Source: a virus. From it: DNA of 31,927 nt. Position 1 is the stretch's first letter. Each line of letters opens with the position of its first letter. Shown here in pieces: positions 1 through 7,201 of the stretch. The notes beneath the pieces are model-generated. The model worked only from the letters and a program-made list of their open reading frames with translations. It was not told the DNA's origin and did not search any database. The stretch lies in IMG/VR virus record IMGVR_UViG_3300016484_000064, positions 1-31,927 of that record; one strand, given 5' to 3'. A program made the translations under genes and the position numbers.

Positions 1-22
1 TATCCAATTGTCGTTAAGGTCT
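1..22. repeat. Terminal direct repeat, copy 1 (identical to 31906..31927)
   Basis: TATCCAATTGTCGTTAAGGTCT is present at both window ends, and an ORF reads through the join. Confidence 0.95.
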
Positions 23-147
23 TGAATAGGATTGTAAAACGAATCAGGAGCATAAGCTACTCCGATTAATTCGTCTTTTTGTACTTCCGTCAACACACCT
101 ACTAAGGTTGTTACGTCAATATCTTCTTTTGTGTTGTAGGTTATCAT
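1..147 (-). CDS. Hypothetical protein, 5' part (49 codons) of an 83-aa ORF that continues at 31905 after circularisation
   Basis: The ATG at 147..145 overlaps the TGA of the upstream fibre gene (ATGA). The frame stays open to base 1 and continues in frame from 31905 to a TAA at 31803..31801. It is absent from the ORF track because the window edge splits it. Confidence 0.6.
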   Translation of the reverse strand, partial: MITYNTKEDIDVTTLVGVLTEVQKDELIGVAYAPDSFYNPIQDLNDNWI

Positions 148-1046
148 ACTTGTCGGTTTAATGCGGTTTGAAATGCTTGAACTGCGGTGTAAAGGTTAGC
201 TGCTTCAGTGTCGGTTAAGCCGTCTCCGATTGTAGAAAATGCAATTTGTTTACTTGAGAATCCGAAAGCAGGTGTTCCGTTTTGATTTAAGGCAGCTAAA
301 TAAATTGATGTATTAGTTGCAGTTGTATCTGCTTTAGCTGCACTTGCAACTGATGCTCCATTTTTGTAAAAATTAACTGTTGTGCTTCCGTTTTTTCCGC
401 CAATATAATAACCTGTTGAATTTGTATTTGATGCTGATACTTCACCACTTGCGCCTGCTTGAAATATTCCTCCTGAAAATAAACTACCTAATGCGTTACT
501 TCTTAAAGCAAACCAAATCCCTTTAGTCCCATTATAAATACCCATATCATAAGTTGAAGAAAGTATGTTAGTTCTTGAATAATAACTTATATGAGAACTA
601 TTAGGTGTTAAAATATTATCATTCAACTTCGTATCCGCATAACCATTCGTTCCATTAGGAGTAGCACCATTAGCTGAATGTGTCCATCCTCCGTTGAATA
701 CTAATCTGAAGGCAGCATCTAAATCTCTTGGGTCTTTTAAGTTCCATTTGTGAGTTGATGCAGTGCCACCTACAAACGGATAAATAGCTTTCATTTTAGT
801 CCATAAACCATCCGCTTTCATACCTTTAACAAGCGTATCAATCGCAGTTTGTTGAGTAGGGTCAGTTATAGCAGCAGCAGTAATGAAAGCCTGCGCATCA
901 GGGTCAGTTGTTAAACCTACAATGTCAGTAGCACCTGCCCAAGATTTGGCGTGAGAATCTCCCCACGCTATTGCGTTGTTTGCGCCTTGACCCCATCCAA
1001 TGGAGTTGTTAGCTGCTCCGTCTCCCCATCCGTTGCTATTTGCCAT
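144..1046 (-). CDS. Tail fibre / receptor-binding-like protein
   Basis: 300-aa ORF with an ATG start. The N-terminus has three GWG-type repeats (NGWGDGAANN, IGWGQGANN, IAWGDS). The body is Gly/Asn/Ser/Thr-rich and beta-rich. It sits at the end of the morphogenesis module. Confidence 0.5.
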   Translation of the reverse strand: MANSNGWGDGAANNSIGWGQGANNAIAWGDSHAKSWAGATDIVGLTTDPDAQAFITAAAITDPTQQTAIDTLVKGMKADGLWTKMKAIYPFVGGTASTHKWNLKDPRDLDAAFRLVFNGGWTHSANGATPNGTNGYADTKLNDNILTPNSSHISYYSRTNILSSTYDMGIYNGTKGIWFALRSNALGSLFSGGIFQAGASGEVSASNTNSTGYYIGGKNGSTTVNFYKNGASVASAAKADTTATNTSIYLAALNQNGTPAFGFSSKQIAFSTIGDGLTDTEAANLYTAVQAFQTALNRQV

Positions 1047-1134
1047 TTTTGTTTAGTTTAGTTAGAAAAACACGGAGTTTCTCAATGTTCTCCTCTTTTG
1101 GTTTATACGTTCCTACTTTTGTTCGTGTTCTCAT
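1036..1134 (-). CDS. Possible 32-aa basic peptide (MRTRTKVGTYKPKEENIEKLRVFLTKLNKNGK)
   Basis: Its ATG overlaps the upstream TGA (ATGA at 1131..1134) and its stop overlaps the fibre gene start by 11 nt. It fills an otherwise 84-nt gap. Below the ORF-track size cutoff. Confidence 0.25.
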   Translation of the reverse strand: MRTRTKVGTYKPKEENIEKLRVFLTKLNKNGK

Positions 1135-1631
1135 AGATACCAACCTGTATAGTTATTTGACGTGTCAGGATACATATCCCCGTTAGTGTTTGTAGTGTAC
1201 TCAGGGAATAAGTCGTTATTAAAGCAGATGTAGTCAATGAATCTCTCAGTATAGTGTTGAGCAATCTGACGCTCTTTTTCGATTAAGAAGTCTACTTCGT
1301 TTTTTTCTACGTTCTCGCTATTCTCAGACGAATGCTTGTATACACCTTTGTTAGCAATTGTGTAAGCAGCGAAAGGTAAGTATTCCACCATTGCCCAATG
1401 TATCAACATCGGCTTAACGTAAGTTTCTACCAAAGTTTCGTAGTTACCTGAAAGCGTACCTGCTACGATGTCAGCTTGTATCTTCTGAAGTAACTTCGTG
1501 CCTAAGTAGTTTTGAATGTGTATGTCCTGAGCGATTTTGATAAATGAGAGGAACTTGTCAGTATCTACGTTCCCATTTACCGCAGTAAATCGAACTAAAT
1601 CGTCTCTTGTTATGAGTAGTGCAGTTGCCAT
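1131..1631 (-). CDS. Virion protein, possible gp6-like head-tail adaptor
   Basis: 166-aa ORF whose ATG shares one base with the portal stop (TAATG). The N-terminus LLITRDDLVRFTAV..D.DKFLSFIKIAQDIHI resembles head-tail connector N-termini. It lies directly after the portal gene. Confidence 0.4.
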   Translation of the reverse strand: MATALLITRDDLVRFTAVNGNVDTDKFLSFIKIAQDIHIQNYLGTKLLQKIQADIVAGTLSGNYETLVETYVKPMLIHWAMVEYLPFAAYTIANKGVYKHSSENSENVEKNEVDFLIEKERQIAQHYTERFIDYICFNNDLFPEYTTNTNGDMYPDTSNNYTGWYL

Positions 1632-3421
1632 TATTTATCTCCGTAAATTGGGTTAGTAGGTAAAAAGCCGTTATGTGGCATATCAACAGGTCTTACAAAT
1701 ACTTCTTGCGGATTCCTAACTCGATATCCTGCCTTTTCTGCTTTGTTAGTGCTGATAGTTTTGGCGTTTGGATTTGTAGGGTCAATACCCATACCTTCTT
1801 CAAATGATACATAGGTTCTACGCAACCATTTGTGATGGCAGTTACCTCCGCCTTTGTATTTAAAAATGTCGTATGTAGCAGCTCCGTTAGCACCCCATCC
1901 TGCATTTACAGGTTGATTGCTCATTCTAACGATGTCTTCTTTACGATAAACCTTATTTGCAGCAGTCATCTTCTTGCAGAACTCACGAGATTTAGCAGAA
2001 GTTTCACCTGAATAAACGTAGCGAGTAATGAATTGGAATCCGTCAATAACTTTGTCTTGCTCTGACTTGGCTTTAGGATTTGCAGTTCCTGTACTGACGA
2101 AGTTGTAAACTTTAGATAAAAGTGATTGCTTAGGTTTACTTGCCATTTCTATTTCTGCGTCTATTGCATCTTCTTGGTCAAGGTCAACCTCAAACTCATC
2201 AATTAAGACCCACTTTTCGTCAGGCATCTCTCCGCACTCAATGAGTGCATCAGCTATTTCTTTGTCAAGAGGTTCGTGTTTACTTAGTTCAGTTCCTGTT
2301 TCCTCAGCTACTTGCTCTTGGTTTTGAGCGTTCTCCAAATCCGTAAATTCAAGCGGTTTAAGCGTCTTAAAGAATAAGTTGAGTGATATTCCGTTAAATG
2401 ATAATATAGTGTCTAAGGCTTCAAGTATTTCATCCTGAAGCGGTTTAATCACCATATTGTTAAATAATATAAACGAGTTTTGCAATTCATCAGCGTTTGA
2501 CGAGAATCCGTTTGCGCCTGCAATCCCGAAAAGTAGCGGAGATGTAACGTTGTGTCCAAGCATTATCTTACGCATACACTCCTCACTTAAATATGTGTAG
2601 TGTTCAGGTGCGTCATTTAAAGGTAAATCGTCAACCGTAGTTTTAGTATCCATATTGTCGTTGAACGCTACTATTACTTTCTGACCTTTAGAACCTGTGA
2701 GTTTACCTAAAACCTTGTTTGTAATGATAGATTGTTGCTCCTCAGTAGGCACTCCGTTATTAAAGTTAACTACTTTAGTTCCTGAGAATCCGTTTTGTAC
2801 TTCGTTGATTAAGTAATCGGCTATTTCCTCCTCCAAAAGTGCATATGGAACTGCGCCTTGATAGTCAGGATAAGCGTAATACTTCATACCTACGGAATAA
2901 GGCTTAGAGAATAGTATCTCAATCTTTTCTTTAGAGAATCCGTAAGCAGGGATTCTCTTAGGAACGTATTTCTTTACGTCAGTCCAATCGTCCGAGTAGT
3001 AGTACGCTTCGATTTCTCCGTCTTTATTGCACTTCTCAGCACGCAAAAGATTTATGGGAATGTGGTAAGCCTTTAGGATTTTATCGTGTTTGTCGTTGTA
3101 GTGTACTTGAATAGCGAACTGACCAAGCATTTTGCGGTCAAGCGCAATCTTACGTAAGCAATCTTTTGAGAACATTGCCATTGCAGAAGCATATTCGTTA
3201 GGCTTGCGAGAAGCATCAACTGCTGATAATCCACGCCCATAAACAAGACGTGAGATGTTGTTAATGATTGCGTTGTTGGTAGTGGAGTTCGTGTATCTAT
3301 CCAAGAGGAAAGAGTAGTAGTTGTTATCTTCTCCAAAGTCAACCCACGCATCACGCTTACTCTCCTGAATGACGGGAGTAGTGTATGCCGATAGGTTTAA
3401 GACGTGTACGTTATTACTCAT
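1631..3421 (-). CDS. Portal protein fused to a MuF-like (minor head / head morphogenesis) C-terminal domain
   Basis: 596-aa ORF. The first ~420 aa are portal-like (YPDYQGAVPYALLEEEIADYL..NGF; HNVTSPLLFGI). After an acidic linker, the C-terminus carries SREFCKKM..VYRKEDI..YKGGGNCHHKW, which resembles the Mu F / SPP1 gp7 motif. Confidence 0.7.
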   Translation of the reverse strand: MSNNVHVLNLSAYTTPVIQESKRDAWVDFGEDNNYYSFLLDRYTNSTTNNAIINNISRLVYGRGLSAVDASRKPNEYASAMAMFSKDCLRKIALDRKMLGQFAIQVHYNDKHDKILKAYHIPINLLRAEKCNKDGEIEAYYYSDDWTDVKKYVPKRIPAYGFSKEKIEILFSKPYSVGMKYYAYPDYQGAVPYALLEEEIADYLINEVQNGFSGTKVVNFNNGVPTEEQQSIITNKVLGKLTGSKGQKVIVAFNDNMDTKTTVDDLPLNDAPEHYTYLSEECMRKIMLGHNVTSPLLFGIAGANGFSSNADELQNSFILFNNMVIKPLQDEILEALDTILSFNGISLNLFFKTLKPLEFTDLENAQNQEQVAEETGTELSKHEPLDKEIADALIECGEMPDEKWVLIDEFEVDLDQEDAIDAEIEMASKPKQSLLSKVYNFVSTGTANPKAKSEQDKVIDGFQFITRYVYSGETSAKSREFCKKMTAANKVYRKEDIVRMSNQPVNAGWGANGAATYDIFKYKGGGNCHHKWLRRTYVSFEEGMGIDPTNPNAKTISTNKAEKAGYRVRNPQEVFVRPVDMPHNGFLPTNPIYGDK

Positions 3422-3743
3422 AAACTATGAACGTATTTGATGTAGTGTTAGATGTATATTGTCCGTTATTTACGGAGAATGAAACGATGTTTTGGTCAGT
3501 ACAGAAGATTCTATCCTTGTAAACGATGTCCGTGTTTTTGTAAAGCACCAAATCATAGAAATGTCCTTCTTCTAAAGCGAAAGTGGCAGTCAAAGTATGC
3601 ACATAACCGCCTTGAGTTTGCGATGTGATGGCTACAGTTACAGGTGTGTTCGTTTGGTCATCCGTAATTACCATTGATGTAGGTATGTCTCTTGGAATAA
3701 AAGAGAAGGTTTGTGCGGATGTAGATGTTGTTAGTACAATCAT
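3414..3743 (-). CDS. Hypothetical small beta-rich virion protein (109 aa from the internal ATG)
   Basis: The ORF-track start at 3803 is a GTG that lies inside the terminator hairpin of the upstream gene. The first ATG is at 3743..3741 (MIVLTTSTSAQTF...). The stop overlaps the portal start. Confidence 0.6.
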   Translation of the reverse strand: MIVLTTSTSAQTFSFIPRDIPTSMVITDDQTNTPVTVAITSQTQGGYVHTLTATFALEEGHFYDLVLYKNTDIVYKDRIFCTDQNIVSFSVNNGQYTSNTTSNTFIVYE

Positions 3744-3782
3744 AATAAAGTAACTAAGATTGTAGCAATTTGTTTTAAATGC

Positions 3783-3806
3783 AAAAAGGGCAGCCAAAGC
3801 CACCCT
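3783..3806 (-). terminator. Rho-independent terminator after the 186-aa gene
   Basis: The minus-strand RNA reads AGGGUGGC-UUUG-GCUGCCCU followed by UUUUU. The 8-bp stem needs two G-U pairs, which only form on the minus-strand transcript. Confidence 0.7.
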
Positions 3807-3830
3807 CTTTACACGCTATGAAGAAAACGA

Positions 3831-4391
3831 TTATGTAGTTACGATAGTAGCCGTTCCAAATACATCTCCTGCTGAACCTGCAAGACCTGCTTCGTTAGTA
3901 CAATCAAGAAGATTGGCGAGCAAAGTCTCAGTAGCAACGAAAGTCAAGGTATATCCGTTTAGGTCACCCATTGCAGTACCATTTGACACGTTAGCAGTAG
4001 TCAATTCAGAGCCGTGTTCAAGACCCATAAGGAAGAATTGATTGTTGCGGTTACGAACTACGATATGCGGACGTCCGTAAGCTAATAATTTAACTGACTT
4101 GTGTGTAGTAGCATCTTGCTTCTTTAAAGTCATTGTTAATGTTTGCTCAACGAATGTAGTTCCGTTTTCACGAGATGAGTTTACTACTTGCTCAAAAGAG
4201 TTAGTTCCTTTGAGTTCGTATTTGTAGAGAGAAGATACGTTACCTACCGTGTCAATAGTATCAGTACCTGCTACATAAGCTACGTCAGTTTCAGGATTGA
4301 AATCTCCGTAGTTAATGAAGTATACTGCATCGATACCACCAACGGCATCTTTACATACTTCCAAGCGACCATTTGCTAAATCACAAGACAT
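3831..4391 (-). CDS. Abundant virion protein, possibly the major tail tube protein
   Basis: 186-aa ORF directly after the capsid gene, bracketed by two intrinsic terminators. The sequence is beta-rich (MSCDLANGRLEVCKDAVGGIDAVYFINY...GYTLTFVATE). Confidence 0.4.
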   Translation of the reverse strand: MSCDLANGRLEVCKDAVGGIDAVYFINYGDFNPETDVAYVAGTDTIDTVGNVSSLYKYELKGTNSFEQVVNSSRENGTTFVEQTLTMTLKKQDATTHKSVKLLAYGRPHIVVRNRNNQFFLMGLEHGSELTTANVSNGTAMGDLNGYTLTFVATETLLANLLDCTNEAGLAGSAGDVFGTATIVTT

Positions 4392-4413
4392 ATTTTTAAG
4401 TTTTAAATGTTAT

Positions 4414-4446
4414 AAAAAAGGGAGGGAAGTTTTTTACCGCCCTCCC
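4414..4446 (-). terminator. Rho-independent terminator after the major capsid gene
   Basis: Perfect 7-bp stem GGGAGGG (4420..4426) / CCCTCCC (4440..4446) with a 13-nt loop. A U6 tract follows on the minus-strand transcript (plus-strand A6 at 4414..4419). Confidence 0.75.
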
Positions 4447-4469
4447 CGATTATTTGAGTTTAGCTAAGA

Positions 4470-5420
4470 TTAGTTAGCAGAGTTTGTGATTCCGTAAGTA
4501 ACACAATCAGAAGCGAAGCCGTATTTAGCGTCAGCAGTAAATCGCATAACTACACGTACATTTTGTGAACCATCGATGTCGCCCATATCCAATACTTTAA
4601 CTTCGTTCATATCAGAAAGAAGACCTGTAGCAAAGTAAAGGTTAGATTTTTGAGTCAACAATGCAGTGTTGTTAGCAAGACCGTTAGCCATAAATACACG
4701 AACACCATCAAAGTATAAGTCTCCAAGAACTTGGTTAGTACCTTTGTTATCGTAACCATTAGCACCTACACCTGAAGCAGCAAAGCCACCCAATGCACGT
4801 ACATAAGCACGATAGATGTTAGAAGAAACATAAAGAGTCAAATCTTCTTTTCCGTAAAGAGCAGCAGGACAAGCGTCAACGATTTTACCCAATTCAGCGA
4901 TTACGTTAGCAGCAGTTACAGTAGTACCGGCAACTTCTTGAGCAGCAGGAAGAGCAGCGTCAGTAGTCAATTGAGTCATAATACCTGCGAACTCACCTGC
5001 AGTAGCGTTAACACCTTGCCAAATTGAAGTCTCCATACCTGCAGCAACTTTCTCAGCAGCGTGTGCGATAAGGAAGTCAGCGAAAGATTTAGGAAGAACG
5101 TCAAATGCAGAGTAACCCATTTGGATAGCATCCCAATCTGAACGGAAGTCAGTTTTACAAAGTTGTAAGTTAACTTGGAAAGACTCAGGTTGAAGGATAC
5201 GCTCAGTCAAAGTGATTGTAGACGTAGGGTCAAAGTCACAAGTAGCGTTTTTGATGATACCATCAGTAGCAACACGCTTGATAACTTGCTTGTACTTAAC
5301 GTTAGGCATAATTGTAATACCGCCTTTGTCAAGAGTTGGAGCAGACAATAAAGCTGCAGCGATGTACTTACCTGCGAACTCGCCTGCGTAAGTAGTAGTG
5401 ATTGAAGTTGTTGTAGGCAT
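4470..5420 (-). CDS. Major capsid protein (HK97-fold-like)
   Basis: 316-aa ORF that follows the scaffold-like gene and precedes a strong terminator. GC content and codon quality are high. The composition and length are typical of a capsid protein. Confidence 0.75.
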   Translation of the reverse strand: MPTTTSITTTYAGEFAGKYIAAALLSAPTLDKGGITIMPNVKYKQVIKRVATDGIIKNATCDFDPTSTITLTERILQPESFQVNLQLCKTDFRSDWDAIQMGYSAFDVLPKSFADFLIAHAAEKVAAGMETSIWQGVNATAGEFAGIMTQLTTDAALPAAQEVAGTTVTAANVIAELGKIVDACPAALYGKEDLTLYVSSNIYRAYVRALGGFAASGVGANGYDNKGTNQVLGDLYFDGVRVFMANGLANNTALLTQKSNLYFATGLLSDMNEVKVLDMGDIDGSQNVRVVMRFTADAKYGFASDCVTYGITNSAN

Positions 5421-5428
5421 TTTTTTAT

Positions 5429-6037
5429 TTATTTAATGTTTGCAATTCGATTTAATACAGTATCCATAGTTGTTGCGTTTCTTTTAGAAGCGAACTTGAA
5501 TACGTCAGTAGCTTGTGTGTTTTCAGGATTGAAAGAAATAGGCTTAGGCTCTTCGCTCAATTCTACCGGTGCAACCTCTTCTGCAACTTCAGGAGTTTGT
5601 GCTGAAAGTTTAGCTTTCAATTCTGCGTTCTCTTTTTTAAGTGCTTCCATTTCGCTGAAGAAAGACTCTTTAACGATAGACTCAACGATTTTTTTAGCTT
5701 GTGGAGCTTCAGTAGATGCAGCAACTTCTTCTTTAACTGCAGGAGCTTCAGCTTCAGGTGCTTCTACTTCTACTTCAACTTCAGGTTCAGCAGCTTCACG
5801 AACGTCGGCGATAACACCCTCTTCGATAACTACCAAAACACGCATATCTTCTAACTCATACTCTCCAACAGGAAGTGGGATGCGTTGTTCGTCTTCAGTT
5901 AGGATGAATACAGGTTGACCTGCTTCAAAAGATTCTGCTTCAAGCATAGAAACTCCGTCAGAAAGTTTCATAACTTCCAACTTCACTTCCATTCCAAGAA
6001 GTGCGCGGACTTTGTTTAAAATTTTGTTTTCGTTCAT
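5429..6037 (-). CDS. Scaffolding-like protein
   Basis: Lies directly upstream of the capsid gene. It has an acidic Glu/Ala/Pro/Val-rich centre and a coiled-coil segment (EMEALKKENAELKAKL). I prefer the ATG at 6037 (MNENKILNKV...). The track's ATG at 6127 would overlap the upstream gene by 35 nt. Confidence 0.55.
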   Translation of the reverse strand: MNENKILNKVRALLGMEVKLEVMKLSDGVSMLEAESFEAGQPVFILTEDEQRIPLPVGEYELEDMRVLVVIEEGVIADVREAAEPEVEVEVEAPEAEAPAVKEEVAASTEAPQAKKIVESIVKESFFSEMEALKKENAELKAKLSAQTPEVAEEVAPVELSEEPKPISFNPENTQATDVFKFASKRNATTMDTVLNRIANIK

Positions 6038-6092
6038 TTTTATAGATTTGTATACATAGAAAGAACCATTCGCTTGCACCTTTGTTTTATTT

Positions 6093-6296
6093 TTATCCGT
6101 TTTGACGTACAATAGTCCTAACTCCATTGTTCTCAGTTTGAGTAGGAGCAGGTTCGTTTACCTCAGCAGTTTTACCGATGCCTTGAGCTTGCAAACTGCC
6201 GTCACAACACTTAGTTGAGTATGTTCCGTTTTCACATAGGCAGCCTCTTTTGCTACCTGCACGAGGACTTGCTTTACTTGGTGTTTTAAATTTCAT
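6093..6296 (-). CDS. Small Cys-rich hypothetical protein
   Basis: 67-aa ORF with an ATG start, lying between the protease and scaffold genes. It contains KRGCLCENGTYSTKCCDG. Confidence 0.55.
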   Translation of the reverse strand: MKFKTPSKASPRAGSKRGCLCENGTYSTKCCDGSLQAQGIGKTAEVNEPAPTQTENNGVRTIVRQNG

Positions 6297-6299
6297 AGT

Positions 6300-7181
6300 T
6301 TATTTGTTTCTGATTTGTTCTAATTTACGTTGTGCCCAAGCGATACCCTCATCGCCACCCCACGCTAACCACATTAATCTTCCGCAGCCATCTCCGAGTT
6401 CTTTGTCCGAGTTTTGTCTGTGTCTTTCAAATGCAGCCATTCGAGCGATAGTCTCTTCTGATATAGCCTCTCCGCTTGCGAGTTGGTTTGCTCTTTGCTT
6501 ACCTACTGCAGTTCCGCAATCACCCCATCCGTTTTCTTCTGCGTATCTAATTGCAATTTTTGCATTTTCCTTTGCAGCTTCAGGATAGTCCGTGTATGAT
6601 TCGAGTTTGAGTAGGTCTCTAAGTTGCTCGATAAGGTCTTGCTTTTTCTTTTGCTCTAAGGACATTTCTAACTTGTCAGCGAAGTAACCCTCGATTGAGA
6701 AGCCTTTAACCTTACCGTCTTTAACATCTTGCCACACTTCATCGTTATCCACTTTCATAGAAATCATCCAAGTCCCTTTCGGTAAGCTAAATCCGTACTT
6801 CTTAGACTTGTCGTGTACCTCATCCTCAATCAACCAAGACTCTACAACGGTCATTCCTTTAACTGCGTCCTTGTGTTCGTATGTGGCATTGGATTGATTT
6901 CCGTTTTTAAAGAATAACTCCATCGCCTGACGCACGGTGTCCTCCGAGAAGTAGATGTAATACTCTTCTTTCTTTGCGTTTACACGATAGATTTTCTTGT
7001 TAGGGATAAGAGCAGCACCCATTAAAATACGCTTCTCTGCGTTTACTTCTTTGAGTTCTACTTCGTGTTTTGATAGTGCGATAAAGTTCTCCTCAATGGC
7101 AGGAGATTCGACTACACTCACGGCATCAATTCCGCTTTGTGAGTCCTTAGGGTCGATTATTAATTCAATTACATTAAGCAT
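6300..7181 (-). CDS. XkdF-like putative prohead protease with a C-terminal helical domain
   Basis: 293-aa ORF. ATYEHKDAVKGMTVVESWLIE and KGFSIEGYF resemble the PBSX XkdF serine-protease-like family. The C-terminal domain contains GWGDCGTAVGKQRANQL...RMAAFERH. Confidence 0.6.
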   Translation of the reverse strand: MLNVIELIIDPKDSQSGIDAVSVVESPAIEENFIALSKHEVELKEVNAEKRILMGAALIPNKKIYRVNAKKEEYYIYFSEDTVRQAMELFFKNGNQSNATYEHKDAVKGMTVVESWLIEDEVHDKSKKYGFSLPKGTWMISMKVDNDEVWQDVKDGKVKGFSIEGYFADKLEMSLEQKKKQDLIEQLRDLLKLESYTDYPEAAKENAKIAIRYAEENGWGDCGTAVGKQRANQLASGEAISEETIARMAAFERHRQNSDKELGDGCGRLMWLAWGGDEGIAWAQRKLEQIRNK

Positions 7182-7201
7182 ATCTATTCAACTTTAAAAT
7201 G

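Noticed and set aside
3744-3803. N-terminal extensions implied by the ORF track at 3803, 13472, 22825 and 28833 (non-ATG starts) and at 6127 and 19799 (upstream ATGs)
   Set aside because: The first four begin at GTG or TTG codons. They run through a terminator hairpin, a promoter box or the upstream gene, and a nearby in-frame ATG gives a cleanly abutting gene. The last two would create long overlaps with the upstream genes. The alternatives are noted in the feature evidence.
5436-5918. 160-aa plus-strand ORF, together with the other plus-strand track ORFs (4188..4379, 6250..6588, 6997..7197, 12546..12851, 13039..13275, 14388..14579, 14695..14883, 16098..16310, 19090..19302, 19520..19903, 19626..19811, 19909..20103, 19997..20206, 21099..21296, 22686..22874, 24914..25165, 25240..25476, 28691..28894, 30105..30386)
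   Set aside because: Each lies antisense to a much better minus-strand gene. Their sequences are low-complexity or Ser/Leu/Phe-rich, as expected for the mirror of biased coding sequence. None has a promoter-like box. The 160-aa case mirrors the Glu/Ala-rich scaffold gene, where stop codons are rare on the opposite strand.
6038-6092. TATAGATTTG (a plus-strand TAnnTTTG match) that shares the 9-mer TATAGATTT with the repeats at 29024..29075
   Set aside because: It is oriented toward the plus strand, where no credible gene exists. A single extra copy of an AT-rich 9-mer is about what chance predicts for a genome of this size.
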